DNA from: Fervidobacterium sp.
Lineage (GTDB): Bacteria > Thermotogota > Thermotogae > Thermotogales > Fervidobacteriaceae
Length of the DNA: 64,000 nt
Direction: 5' to 3'
NCBI GenBank assembly: GCA_049970055.1
Contig: JBMFNR010000003.1
Span: forward strand, 165,140 to 229,139
The position numbers and the translations under genes are program-made. A model generated the notes under the pieces. The model had not been told where the DNA came from, did not search any database, and saw only the letters and a list, made by a program, of their open reading frames with translations. Shown in pieces: positions 38,579 through 48,657 of the stretch (the stretch's first letter is position 1; every line of letters begins with the position of its first letter).

Positions 38579-40564
38579 TTAAAGTTTAAATCTCTTTACC
38601 ATTTCAACGAGTTTTTCAGCAATATCATCGAGATTTTGTGCTGTTTTTGCGACGGAGGTTACAGCATCTGCTTGTTGTTTGGTACTCATCGCGACTTCGT
38701 TTATCTGTTCAGCAACACTTATCATCGATTTGCTCGCACTATCCATTGCACTACTCATCTCTTCCGCTGCCGCACTCTGTTCCTCCGCGCTCGCTGCGAG
38801 GTTTTCTACCATCTGCGACACTTTCAAGATACTGTCGGTTATCTGGTTAAATTGCACTTTTACTACATCGGACTGTCCTGAAACTTGATTTACTATCTCA
38901 ACGGTCTCTTTCGTTGCCTCGCTCGCTTTAAAGCTTTCATCAACTATACCTTTCAGTATATTCGCAATATTTTGCGTTGCTTGTCTACTTTCTTCTGCCA
39001 ATTTCCTAATTTCATCTGCAACAACTGCGAAGCCTCTTCCCGCTTCCCCTGCCCTTGCTGCTTCGATCGCCGCATTCAAAGCAAGTAAGTTCGTTTGCTC
39101 TGCTATTGAGTTTATAGTTTCCACTATTTCTCCTATATTCTTTGCACTCTCCGAAAGTCTCCCAACAATCTCAAAAGTGTTATTTGCTTTATCTTTTGTT
39201 TGTTCGATTATCTGCGTAATCGTTTCTATCGCCTTTTGACCGGTGTTTGCAAGCGCTGAAACCTTTTGCGCTTCTTCACTGAGTTTTTGCGCAGCATTAG
39301 CAACATTTTGCGCGCTTGCAGCTACCTCTTCTATACCACTTGTAAGTTCCTCAATGGCTGATGATGCGTTGTTTACATTTGTACGAACACTATCAGCTTG
39401 AGCTGTAAGCTCTTCAACAGTTGCACTAACTTCCTCTGAAATTGCGGCAATTTGACTTGCTTCTTCTTTAACTGTGCTTGTAGTATTTTGAATTTGCAAA
39501 ACTATATTGCGTAAATCTGTAATCATTCCTGCTAAAGCTAAACTCAGTCTACCAATTTCATCTTTCGAATTATAGTGGAAATTCACAGTCAAATCGCCCT
39601 GAGCTATTTGTTTAGAAACTTCTGCAAGCGTTTGAAGAGGTTTCACAATATATTTCGATGATATAAAGAATGCTATGATGATTTCCAATACAATAGCAAC
39701 AACAAGTATTATTGATAGAATCATCGTCATTCTATTTTCTTCCGCTATAATGGTCTTTTCAGGAACAACCGTGGCAAATATCCAACCATTTGGCAAACGT
39801 TTGTAACCTGTTATTCTTGGTATATTATCGAAAACATATCCGAATACTCCGCTTTCGGGGCCCGTTTGCCACTTTTTGAAGAACTCAGTATCTTTTACGT
39901 TTTTACCAACGTATTTTTGCACGGTATGTAAAATGATAGTTCCAGAACCACTGACAACGGCGTTGATATATCCACGCTCTTTTCCTTTTTCCAACAGCGT
40001 GTTTACAAGTTTTGAGAGATCAAAATCAATTGCAACCACACCAACGATTCCTTCATCTGTTTGGACAGTCTTTGCAATCGTTACAACAAGTTTACCCGTC
40101 GAAGCGTCGGCATATGGCTCTGTTATAATAACCTGTCCTGGTTTTGCTATCGCATCCGTGTACCACGGTCTAGTTCTCGGATCGTATCCTTCTGGAAGCT
40201 GTTCTTCCGGTATCAAGTACATCCTTCCATCTTTCAATCCAACGTATACGGACATCAAATTAGGATAACTTTCGATAACTTTCTTAAATAACTTTTTCAT
40301 CCACTCTTCTTCATTGTTTTCATTTTTGTACACACCTGTTACATTGGCTTCTCGTGAAAGAAGCTCTACAAGTTGTGCATGACCTTGGATAAAATTCCAA
40401 AATTCACCAGCGCTGTTTTCAGCAAGAGCTTGCAAATTTTGCTGGGTTTTCGTTATAGTAACACTACGAAGTTCGATAACACTCAAAACACCTATGGATA
40501 ACATAAAAATCGTTGATAATATCACAACAAATGCTATCTTCCAAAACACTGACAAGTTTCTCAT
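38579..40564 (-). CDS. Methyl-accepting chemotaxis protein with dCache and HAMP domains
   Basis: Two TM helices; YDPRTRPWY...TEPYAD dCache amino-acid motif; [46 protein letters not shown]. Confidence 0.96.
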   Translation of the reverse strand: MRNLSVFWKIAFVVILSTIFMLSIGVLSVIELRSVTITKTQQNLQALAENSAGEFWNFIQGHAQLVELLSREANVTGVYKNENNEEEWMKKLFKKVIESYPNLMSVYVGLKDGRMYLIPEEQLPEGYDPRTRPWYTDAIAKPGQVIITEPYADASTGKLVVTIAKTVQTDEGIVGVVAIDFDLSKLVNTLLEKGKERGYINAVVSGSGTIILHTVQKYVGKNVKDTEFFKKWQTGPESGVFGYVFDNIPRITGYKRLPNGWIFATVVPEKTIIAEENRMTMILSIILVVAIVLEIIIAFFISSKYIVKPLQTLAEVSKQIAQGDLTVNFHYNSKDEIGRLSLALAGMITDLRNIVLQIQNTTSTVKEEASQIAAISEEVSATVEELTAQADSVRTNVNNASSAIEELTSGIEEVAASAQNVANAAQKLSEEAQKVSALANTGQKAIETITQIIEQTKDKANNTFEIVGRLSESAKNIGEIVETINSIAEQTNLLALNAAIEAARAGEAGRGFAVVADEIRKLAEESRQATQNIANILKGIVDESFKASEATKETVEIVNQVSGQSDVVKVQFNQITDSILKVSQMVENLAASAEEQSAAAEEMSSAMDSASKSMISVAEQINEVAMSTKQQADAVTSVAKTAQNLDDIAEKLVEMVKRFKL

Positions 40565-40910
40565 ACTAAAGCCTCCCCTCGCTTTGTGCAATTTCGAATG
40601 AGAACAAATTGGAGAAATGTATCTTTATTATAACACATTTTTACCATATCGCTTCCTTTGAATTGTACACCTGATGGTGTTTTTTTATGTTTAATAATTC
40701 GATAAAGTCAAAAAAGTTTCTTGATTTCCATTTACTGGCATTGATAGTGTTTAAGTTTGTTTATCTTCTCTTTTTGTTGATTTCTCATGCTTTGACAAAA
40801 GAAAGTTAAAGATGATTTAATATATATAGTTAATATGAAAGGTGATTCATGTGTTTTATTGAGTCATAATATTATATTTTTGATCCATAACACTGGGGAG
40901 GTGCATATTG

Positions 40911-42113
40911 ATGGTTTACATTTTAGGGGCAAAAAGAACTGCTATCGGTACGTACGGTGGTTCACTGAAGGAAGTTCCGGCGGTTCAGCTTGGAACTATA
41001 GCTGCAAAAGCTGCAATGGCTCAAGCTAATGTTTTGCCAGAGGAAGTAGATGAAACTATCGTTGGGTGTATACTTACGGCGGGTCAAGGTATGGGACCCG
41101 GGAGACAAGTTTCTATTTACTCAGGTGTACCAGCGGAAAAGCCAGGATACACGGTGAATATGCTCTGTGGAAGCGGTATGAAAGCTGTTATGATAGGTGC
41201 AACGGACATAGAACTTGGAGAGGCAGATGTTGTATTAACTGGTGGTATTGAAAGTATGTCCCAAGCGCCTTTTTTGCTTAGCTATAAAGCCCGGTTTGGA
41301 TTGAAATTTGGAACGCAGGAGTTACAAGATCACATGATTTTAGACGGACTAACGGATGTGTTTAACAAAGTTCATATGGGATTGACAGCTGAAAAACTAG
41401 CAGAGGAATTTGGTATATCGCGTCAGGAGCAAGATGAATTTGCTTACAACAGTCAGATGAGAGCTAAATCCGCAATTGAACAGGGTAAATTTAAAGATGA
41501 AATAGTTCCCGTGGAAATACTTGATAAAAAAGGCGTGAAGATCTTTGATACAGATGAGCATCCACGTTTTGATACAACTCTTGAATCTTTGTCAAAACTA
41601 AAACCTGCGTTTAAACCTGACGGAACAATAACAGCAGGTAATGCAAGTGGTATAAATGATGGTGGAAGCGCGATTGTTCTTGCTAGTGAGCGGTACGTTG
41701 GAAGGAAAGGGATTAAACCTCTTGGTCGCATCGTTGCGTGGGCACAAGCAGGTGTTGATCCAATGAGGATGGGCATAGGTCCAGTTCCAGCAACTGAGAA
41801 GGTCCTTAGAAAGGCCAATATGTCGTTCCAAGATATCGAGCTAATTGAACTCAATGAGGCTTTTGCTGCTCAAAGTTTGGCAGTTATAAAAGGCTGGGAA
41901 AAGATGTTTGGTGTATCAAAGGAATGGATTTTGCAACGAACAAATGTGAACGGTGGAGGGATTGCACTTGGTCACCCAATTGGTGCAAGTGGTAATAGAA
42001 TTATCGTTACGTTACTTTACGAGATGAAAAAAAGACATGTGAAATACGGACTTGCAACACTATGTATCGGCGGTGGAATGGGTACTGCGGTTATTGTAGA
42101 AAACATAGAGTAA
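40911..42113 (+). CDS. Acetyl-CoA C-acetyltransferase (thiolase)
   Basis: NMLCGSG, GNASGINDG, NEAFA, GHPIGASG, CIGGGMG. Confidence 0.95.
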   Translation: MVYILGAKRTAIGTYGGSLKEVPAVQLGTIAAKAAMAQANVLPEEVDETIVGCILTAGQGMGPGRQVSIYSGVPAEKPGYTVNMLCGSGMKAVMIGATDIELGEADVVLTGGIESMSQAPFLLSYKARFGLKFGTQELQDHMILDGLTDVFNKVHMGLTAEKLAEEFGISRQEQDEFAYNSQMRAKSAIEQGKFKDEIVPVEILDKKGVKIFDTDEHPRFDTTLESLSKLKPAFKPDGTITAGNASGINDGGSAIVLASERYVGRKGIKPLGRIVAWAQAGVDPMRMGIGPVPATEKVLRKANMSFQDIELIELNEAFAAQSLAVIKGWEKMFGVSKEWILQRTNVNGGGIALGHPIGASGNRIIVTLLYEMKKRHVKYGLATLCIGGGMGTAVIVENIE

Positions 42114-42130
42114 ATTGAGGAGGGCTTAAT

Positions 42131-42850
42131 ATGAGGCTTGAAGGGAAAGTTTGTATCATCACGGGAGCGGGAAGTGGTATTGGGAAAACAGCAGCAGAAC
42201 TTTTCGCGAAGGAAGGAGCAACTGTTATTGCATGTGATGTTGGAGAGTCAGTTTATGAACATCCGAATATACACTTTTACAAACTTGATGTAACAGACAG
42301 AGCAAGGATAAGTGAGGCCGTAAAAGAAGTAGTTGAAAAATTTGGTAAAATAGATGTACTTATAAATAACGCAGGAATTACAAGAGATGCGTTGATACAA
42401 AATATGAGTGAAGAAGATTGGGATAAGGTCATTAACGTGAACTTAAAAGGTGTATTTAACATGACCCAGGCAGTTGTACCCTACATGCTTGAGCAGGGTA
42501 AAGGAAGTATAATCAACACTTCTTCTGTTGTAGGGGTGTACGGCAACATTGGGCAAACAAATTATGCAGCTACAAAGGCGGGAGTTATTGGTATGACAAA
42601 GACATGGGCAAAAGAGTTCGCAAGAAAAGGCGCACAGATCAGAGTAAACGCCGTTGCACCGGGTTTTATCAAAACGCCCATGACCGAAAAAGTTCCGGAG
42701 AAGATCTTAACAGCAATGGCAGAAAAAGCAGCTTTAAAAAGGCTTGGTGAACCCATAGAAGTTGCCTACGTGTACTTATTCTTAGCATCTGATGAATCAT
42801 CTTTTATCACAGGTCAGGTTATTGGTGTAGATGGTGGTTTAGTCCTCTAA
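42131..42850 (+). CDS. fabG: 3-oxoacyl-ACP/CoA reductase (SDR, FabG/PhaB-like)
   Basis: TGAGSGIG, NNAGITRD, YAATK, PGFIKTPMT, VDGG. Confidence 0.85.
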   Translation: MRLEGKVCIITGAGSGIGKTAAELFAKEGATVIACDVGESVYEHPNIHFYKLDVTDRARISEAVKEVVEKFGKIDVLINNAGITRDALIQNMSEEDWDKVINVNLKGVFNMTQAVVPYMLEQGKGSIINTSSVVGVYGNIGQTNYAATKAGVIGMTKTWAKEFARKGAQIRVNAVAPGFIKTPMTEKVPEKILTAMAEKAALKRLGEPIEVAYVYLFLASDESSFITGQVIGVDGGLVL

Positions 42851-42862
42851 AATGTAATTTAT

Positions 42863-42900
42863 AAAAAGTCGGTTGCTCACCAGGCAACCGACTTTGTCTT
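42863..42900. terminator. Bidirectional intrinsic terminator
   Basis: AAAAAGTCGGTTGC-TCACCAG-GCAACCGACTTT. Confidence 0.85.
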
Positions 42901-42938
42901 CTTATTTTTAAATTTTATTTAATTTATTCACCCATCTT

Positions 42939-43652
42939 TCACTTTGTTTGACCAACGTAAGCCGCGATAACTTGCTGGATGTACACACTATTTTTTTTGA
43001 GCGCATCGTTAAATTTATTCTCAATACTTTTGTTCAATACAATGTACCCCAGTTGTACTCTGTATATTAGATCTTTGTAAACCGTAAATCCAAAAATCTT
43101 TGAGATATACAGAGCGTTTATATAATCAAAAAAAGCTGCATCGGCTTTTTTCATTAGTAAGCTTGCAGTGATTTCATCGTTTGAAACAAATTCCGTGTAC
43201 TTTACATTCTTGCCATTCTTTATCCATTCTTGCACAACCTTCTCGCCCGTAGCACCTTTTTTCACAGCGAAGGTTATCTTTTCTACATCGCCGTTCCATT
43301 GTAATTCTTTCCTAAGCACAATGGCGAGACCAGATTGTGCGTAAGGGATTGAGAAATTAAATGATTTCTTTCGCTCCTCTGTCATGTGTATGCCACCCGC
43401 AATGATATCTAAACCCAAAAAATTCAAGATCTCCGTGTTTAACACTGTAAATGGTAATACATACACATCAAGTTGATACCCAATACTTTCAGCTATTTTT
43501 TTGAGTATATCGTAATCAATGCCAGCAAAGCGCTGAGCACTCCAGAAAGCGTACGGAGTACCAAGTAAAAAACCAACTTTCAAAAATTGCCCAAAGTTTG
43601 AACATGTAAATATTGATAGCACAAACATAACGATAATAATCCCAACTCTCAA
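42939..43652 (-). CDS. Amino-acid ABC transporter substrate-binding protein (SBP family 3)
   Basis: Signal peptide, GIDYDI, TEERKKSFNFSIPY, KKGATG. TTG at 43652 after GGAGGAG. Confidence 0.82.
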   Translation of the reverse strand: MRVGIIIVMFVLSIFTCSNFGQFLKVGFLLGTPYAFWSAQRFAGIDYDILKKIAESIGYQLDVYVLPFTVLNTEILNFLGLDIIAGGIHMTEERKKSFNFSIPYAQSGLAIVLRKELQWNGDVEKITFAVKKGATGEKVVQEWIKNGKNVKYTEFVSNDEITASLLMKKADAAFFDYINALYISKIFGFTVYKDLIYRVQLGYIVLNKSIENKFNDALKKNSVYIQQVIAAYVGQTK

Positions 43653-43714
43653 GGTTACTCCTCCTTTTTGATCTTCTATGTTTTTAGACTCCTCAGTATT
43701 TATTTCGTTCAAAG

Positions 43715-43748
43715 AAAAAAGGCAAAGGCCGTTTGCCTTTGCCTTGTT
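43715..43748 (-). terminator. Intrinsic terminator after thiB
   Basis: On the minus strand: AAGGCAAAGGC-AAACG-GCCTTTGCCTT followed by TTTT. Confidence 0.82.
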
Positions 43749-43763
43749 AGCTGCTATTAAAAA

Positions 43764-44741
43764 TTACCCTATGACCGATTTTTCCCACTTTTTAAGTATC
43801 TCATCTATTTTGTCATTAACATCTGGCTTAACCCTTAAAATTTTCTTGAAAGATGGAACGTATTTGAAAACTTCTGGAAGTTCCACATTTATGACGGGCA
43901 TCATCCACTGATTGAGCGGTATTTCCTTTTGAAAATCTGGCGTGAGTACGAATTCCAAAAATGCCCGCGCGAGTGCTAAATTTTTTGCTCCCTTTACGAT
44001 CGACGCATATTCTTCAAGTATATAAGCTCCTTCTTCGAAGATCACAGGCATGTATTTTACGCTTCCGTATTTGTACATACTGTAAGCTCCATCTGTTGCA
44101 TAACTTACGATAATGTCTGCTTCACCACTTTCAAGCATTTTGAACGCCGCACTCCAACCACTCGTAAATGTCATCACATTGCTTTTCAGTTGTCTCCAAT
44201 ACTCTATTGCACCATCTTCTCCAAATGCCGCTATAGTCCACATTAAAAACGTTAACCCAGTACTTGATGTTCTTGGATCAATAAGTACGATCTTGCCTTT
44301 GTATTCAGGTTTCAAAAGATCTTTGAAGGATGTCGGTGGATTTTTAATGTTCTGCATATTGTAAATCATAGCGATTGCACCGTAATCGTAAACGGTTCCG
44401 TAATCAGTGATTAGTGATTTGTAAGTGATGTTTTTTGAGTTTATTGGTCTGTACTTTTCAAGTACGTTTTCTTTTATTGCCTTTTGAAGTTGCTGGGCAT
44501 TTAAGCCAACAACAACATCAGCTTTCGGGTTATTTCTTTCCGCGATAAGTTTAGCAAGTACATCCCCCATCGAACCCAAGCTTACAACTTTTACTTTACA
44601 GTTGTAGAGCCTTTCAAACTTTGGAATGACAACCTTCGCAATGCCGCCAGCAAAGCTATCAGACGTGTAAATCACTAGTTCTGCTGCAAAAATGGAAATA
44701 AGCCCGGTCAAAACAAGCATAACACTTAGAACTTTCCTCAT
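43764..44741 (-). CDS. thiB: Thiamine ABC transporter substrate-binding protein
   Basis: YTSDSF, DPRTSSTG, GWS, SYATD, IPLNQWM; downstream of a TPP riboswitch. Confidence 0.92.
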   Translation of the reverse strand: MRKVLSVMLVLTGLISIFAAELVIYTSDSFAGGIAKVVIPKFERLYNCKVKVVSLGSMGDVLAKLIAERNNPKADVVVGLNAQQLQKAIKENVLEKYRPINSKNITYKSLITDYGTVYDYGAIAMIYNMQNIKNPPTSFKDLLKPEYKGKIVLIDPRTSSTGLTFLMWTIAAFGEDGAIEYWRQLKSNVMTFTSGWSAAFKMLESGEADIIVSYATDGAYSMYKYGSVKYMPVIFEEGAYILEEYASIVKGAKNLALARAFLEFVLTPDFQKEIPLNQWMMPVINVELPEVFKYVPSFKKILRVKPDVNDKIDEILKKWEKSVIG

Positions 44742-44796
44742 ACCAAACACCTCCTTTTTATAATTACCGTGTGTAGCTATCGTGAATTATCGTGAT

Positions 44797-44830
44797 GAAA
44801 AATCCCTCCGAATATTTCGGAGGGATTTGA
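44797..44830 (-). terminator. Riboswitch expression-platform terminator
   Basis: On the minus strand: AAATCCCTCCGAA-ATA-TTCGGAGGGATTTTT. Confidence 0.85.
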
Positions 44831-44868
44831 TTTTCTCTTTATTTTTATTTGGTTCTCACAACTGTGAG

Positions 44869-44969
44869 ATACCTGGTCCCTCCGCCGGTATTACCCGGAT
44901 CAGGTCCGAAGGGTCGAGGAATTGCCTTCCTCCTCTCAGCCCCGCCGTATGGAGCTCCCCTCCAGGTAC
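44869..44969 (-). ncRNA. TPP riboswitch (THI element)
   Basis: Minus strand reads ACCTGGAGGGGAGC...GCTGAGAG...GACCCTTCGGACCTGATCCGGGTAATACCGGCGGAGGGACCAGGT, with the conserved CTGAGA, CCTGAT and TAATACC-G-CG-AGG blocks. Confidence 0.96.
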
Positions 44970-44983
44970 TATTTTTTAATATA

Positions 44984-45013
44984 ATTATACTTCTTTACAA
45001 TCCAACTTGTCAA
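44984..45013 (-). promoter_or_regulatory. Sigma70 promoter of the TPP riboswitch/thiB unit
   Basis: TTGACA-18 nt-TATAAT on the minus strand. Confidence 0.8.
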
Positions 45014-45030
45014 GCTAGGATAAGGGCTTG

Positions 45031-47259
45031 TCAGCCTACGATCTCCCAGTAAAGACCCTCATCTTTCCAGAAGAATTTCACTGTGTCATTTTCCTTGACT
45101 TTTTCGTCTATAATTAATTCAGCTAGCTTGAATTCTATAGTATTTTCAAACAACCGTCTTAATGGTCTTGCTCCCATCGATGGTACGTAACCTTCCGTTG
45201 CCAGGTAGTCCATCATTGATTCGTCAAGCTCAACACGAATTTTCCTATCTTCAAGTCTTTCGTTCAACTCTTTCAAGTATATTAAAATTATCTCTTTGAT
45301 ATGTTCTCTTTTCAGTGGTTTGAAGACAACTGCCGCGTCGATTCTATTGATGAGTTCTGGGCGGAAGTACCTTCTCATTTCTTCTTCTATGTGTTTTTCT
45401 ATAAGGTCTTCAAAACCTTCCTCTATGTCTTGCATTATTACATCAGAACCGATGTTACTTGTCATGATTATTAGCGTGTTTCTAAAATCAACAGTTGTAC
45501 CTTTACCATCAGTTAACCTACCATCATCAAAAAGTTGCAGTAACACATTGAATACTTCAGGATGTGCTTTTTCAATTTCATCAAAAAGTACAACACTGTA
45601 TGGTCTTCTCCGAACTTGTTCTGTCAACTGTCCACCTTCTTCATGTCCAACGTATCCTGGAGGAGCACCTATTAACCTCGCTACTGAGTGTTTTTCCATG
45701 TACTCACTCATATCGATTCTTATCAGCGCTTTTTCACTACCAAAGAGCACATCCGCAAGTCTCTTTGCTAATTCAGTTTTACCAACTCCAGTTGGCCCAA
45801 GGAACAAAAATACACCAAGTGGGCGCTTTGGGTTCCTGATGCCTGCCCTTGACATTTTTATTGCATTAGAGACAATCTTTACTGCATCCTCTTGGTCAAC
45901 GAATTTTTCATGGATTATCTTTTCCAAGTTCTTGATTTTCTCTTTTTCATCACCCATTATTTTACCAACGGGTATTCCCGTCCACCTCTCTATCACGTTT
46001 GCAATGTCTTCTTCGCTAATTTCTGACTTACCATCTATCTTTGCACGTGCTGCTGCCTCATCTATAAGATCTACAGCTTTGTCTGGCAAGAACCTGTCAG
46101 TTATATACCTGGCAGACATCTTCGCAGCAAATTCAATAGCCTTGTCAGTAATACTTACATTGTGGAATTCTTCAAATTTGGTTTTCAATCCTTTTAGAAT
46201 CTCTACTGTTTCTTCTATTGTTGGTTCAGGAACGAAAATTACCTGGAACCTTCTTGCAAGTGCTTTGTCTTTCTCAATGTGTTTTCTGTACTCCTCTACA
46301 GTTGTTGCCCCGATAACCCTCAAAGTCCCGCGTGCAAGCTCTGGTTTTAGGATGTTACCTGCGTCGAGTGCGCCTTCTGCAGCACCAGCACCAACAACAG
46401 TGTGCAATTCATCAATGAAAAGTATAACATCTGTTCTTTTTTTAAGTACATCGATAAGTTTTTTCAATCTTTCTTCAAATTCGCCTCTGAATTTTGTACC
46501 GGCGACCAACCTTGCAAGGTCCAACTTCAAAATGGTTTTACCTTTCAAAAATTCCGGAACTTGCTTGCTGACAATTCTCTGTGCAAGTCCTTCCACAATA
46601 GCTGTCTTACCTACACCAGGATCTCCTATAAGAACTGGGTTGTTTTTAATTTTTCTGCCAAGTATTTCAATCATTCTGTTGACCTCGTTTTCCCTACCGA
46701 CAACAGGCATCAATTGGCCATTTTTTGCCATTTCTGTAAGATTTTCAGTAAATTTGGTAAGAATATCTATGTTTTCTTCTTCCGAGTATGTACGTTGCAT
46801 TCTAAGTTCTTTAATTGCGTTGTAAAGTTTATCTTGGCTAACACCATACTTTGTAAGTAATCTGTAAGTAGTTGTCTCTGGGACTATGGCCATAGCCAAC
46901 AGTAAGTGGTCGGTACCAACTTTTTCATCACCCATCCTTTTGGCTTCTCTTTTAGCTTCGTTGATGACTTTTGTTGTGTCTGGTGTGAGATATAATTGCC
47001 CTGTGGAACCTGAACTTGAATAATAGTACCCTCCTTTTGAAGAAATAACCCTCTCAACATCTTTTTTAAGGGCATCGATGTCAACGTTTAGATAGTTTAA
47101 TATATCAACTGCTGCGTTTTTTGTGTTTTCAAGCATCGTAAGTAATATGTGCTCAGGTGCCAACTGATTTTGTCTGTAACGGTTGAGAATATCACTAACA
47201 GACTGTAAAATTTCCTGAGCGTTTTCCGTAAACTCCTCTAAATTGAACATCATAAACAT
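45031..47259 (-). CDS. clpC: ATP-dependent Clp protease ATPase subunit (ClpC/ClpA class)
   Basis: Two Clp_N repeats, [48 protein letters not shown]. Confidence 0.9.
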   Translation of the reverse strand: MFMMFNLEEFTENAQEILQSVSDILNRYRQNQLAPEHILLTMLENTKNAAVDILNYLNVDIDALKKDVERVISSKGGYYYSSSGSTGQLYLTPDTTKVINEAKREAKRMGDEKVGTDHLLLAMAIVPETTTYRLLTKYGVSQDKLYNAIKELRMQRTYSEEENIDILTKFTENLTEMAKNGQLMPVVGRENEVNRMIEILGRKIKNNPVLIGDPGVGKTAIVEGLAQRIVSKQVPEFLKGKTILKLDLARLVAGTKFRGEFEERLKKLIDVLKKRTDVILFIDELHTVVGAGAAEGALDAGNILKPELARGTLRVIGATTVEEYRKHIEKDKALARRFQVIFVPEPTIEETVEILKGLKTKFEEFHNVSITDKAIEFAAKMSARYITDRFLPDKAVDLIDEAAARAKIDGKSEISEEDIANVIERWTGIPVGKIMGDEKEKIKNLEKIIHEKFVDQEDAVKIVSNAIKMSRAGIRNPKRPLGVFLFLGPTGVGKTELAKRLADVLFGSEKALIRIDMSEYMEKHSVARLIGAPPGYVGHEEGGQLTEQVRRRPYSVVLFDEIEKAHPEVFNVLLQLFDDGRLTDGKGTTVDFRNTLIIMTSNIGSDVIMQDIEEGFEDLIEKHIEEEMRRYFRPELINRIDAAVVFKPLKREHIKEIILIYLKELNERLEDRKIRVELDESMMDYLATEGYVPSMGARPLRRLFENTIEFKLAELIIDEKVKENDTVKFFWKDEGLYWEIVG

Positions 47260-47302
47260 CCACTCCCTTCCTTCTCTTATTTTTATCTTCCATTTCGGTT
47301 AC

Positions 47303-47331
47303 ATTCTACCATATTATCACTCGCGTGTCAA
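47303..47331 (-). promoter_or_regulatory. Sigma70 promoter of clpC
   Basis: TTGACA-17 nt-TAGAAT with TG extension on the minus strand. Confidence 0.8.
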
Positions 47332-47340
47332 GAGTGCTAA
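47314..47340. promoter_or_regulatory. CIRCE element (HrcA operator)
   Basis: TTATCACTC-N9-GAGTGCTAA, one mismatch to TTAGCACTC-N9-GAGTGCTAA. Confidence 0.92.
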
Positions 47341-47374
47341 TTCATCTTTACATTTCCTCCGGTCTTAGCAAAAA

Positions 47375-47403
47375 TTGACTACTTTAGCTCTCAATGATAA
47401 AAT
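47375..47403 (+). promoter_or_regulatory. Sigma70 promoter of the divergent MFS gene
   Basis: TTGACT-17 nt-TAAAAT with TG extension. Confidence 0.65.
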
Positions 47404-47470
47404 GATTGTAAGTTAGTTCGATATACAAACTAGTTGAACACATTTCCGAAGATGGGAGATTGATAGAATT

Positions 47471-48622
47471 ATGGTATCGCAGCCGTTTTTGATTACGCTA
47501 TTTACATTGATCGATGGAATTGCCCAAGGAATATATGGCACACTTTTTAACCTGATGTTGCGGAAAACTGGTGTGCCAACACACTTAGTGGGAAGAATTA
47601 CTTCTGTTAGTCTTTGGGGTGCCGCGATTTTTGGACTGATTTTTGGTCTTTTAGCGGATAAATACGACAAGAAAAAGTTAATCATTTTTACTCAATTAGC
47701 AAGTACTTTTTTCAGTGTATATAGAGTATTAACCACATCTTATATTCGTTTGATTTTGACTTCCTTTTTCTTCGGCGGGATGACATCTGCAACAGGTATC
47801 ATTCTCTCGACTTTGCTAGTTATGAAAACGGGCAAGGATGATAGAGGAAAGTTCCTTGGCTTGAACTTTGGTGTCGGCATGTTCACAGGTGTTATAGGCA
47901 ATGTTTTGGGTGGTGTCTTGGGTGATATTCTACCAGTAAGGTTTGTTTTGGTAGTTTCAAGCTTATGCAGGATTTTTGCACTCGTTCCTCTTCAAAAACT
48001 CAATGTATCGTTTAATCTGAGTGATGAATGCATAGATGTTAAGGAATCTTTGTCGACATTCTCTCCAAAAAGCTCAAAAATAGTTTTCTACTATATTCTT
48101 TCAACAATGAGTGTAGGATTTGGAGCTGGACTTTTTGTTTCGTTTGGTAATGTAATTTTCTATGATCTATTTAAGATGAATGCGACGAAAATTGGTATTA
48201 TACTTGCTCTTGCACAACTCGCAACAAGTGTCGGTGCAGTGTTTTCACATAAACTCGGTAATAAGTTCGGAGATATGAATATCTTGATATTCTCTTACGT
48301 TGTTGTTCCTATACTAATCGTGGCGCTAAGCTTTGTTCGAGAGCCTGTAATATTCACTTCTGTGTATGTTCTAAGGTTTGCCGTTATGAACATGGTAAGT
48401 CCACTTCTTAGTGCTTTAGTTTTCTCAAATATTCCTCATAACAAACTCTCCTCGGTAAATGGTATAAATAATTTTGTAAACAATGTTTCGAGAGCACTTT
48501 CAGCTGAGATGTTTGCCTTCTTGACGATATATAGAAACGGATACACACTCATCTTCGTTATAAGTTCGCTATTTTACTTTGTAAATGCGTTTGTTATGAT
48601 TAGAATGTATAAACATATTTGA
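47471..48622 (+). CDS. MFS transporter
   Basis: Motif A variant GLLADKYDKK; about 12 TM segments. Confidence 0.88.
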   Translation: MVSQPFLITLFTLIDGIAQGIYGTLFNLMLRKTGVPTHLVGRITSVSLWGAAIFGLIFGLLADKYDKKKLIIFTQLASTFFSVYRVLTTSYIRLILTSFFFGGMTSATGIILSTLLVMKTGKDDRGKFLGLNFGVGMFTGVIGNVLGGVLGDILPVRFVLVVSSLCRIFALVPLQKLNVSFNLSDECIDVKESLSTFSPKSSKIVFYYILSTMSVGFGAGLFVSFGNVIFYDLFKMNATKIGIILALAQLATSVGAVFSHKLGNKFGDMNILIFSYVVVPILIVALSFVREPVIFTSVYVLRFAVMNMVSPLLSALVFSNIPHNKLSSVNGINNFVNNVSRALSAEMFAFLTIYRNGYTLIFVISSLFYFVNAFVMIRMYKHI

Positions 48623-48657
48623 GATATGGTATAATTATTTTTGTGTGAGGTGGTCAG

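Noticed and set aside
40834..40851. ATGAA-N6-TTCAT palindrome upstream of the thiolase as a Rex box
   Set aside because: Spacing and flanks do not fit TTGTGAA-N4-TTCACAA.
40911..42850. PHA biosynthesis operon
   Set aside because: No phaC or phasin in the window; the unit ends at a terminator after the reductase.
45296..46825. 509-aa ORF on + antisense to the Clp ATPase
   Set aside because: Ser/Ile/Phe-rich shadow frame typical of antisense to conserved chaperone genes; no SD or recognisable motifs.
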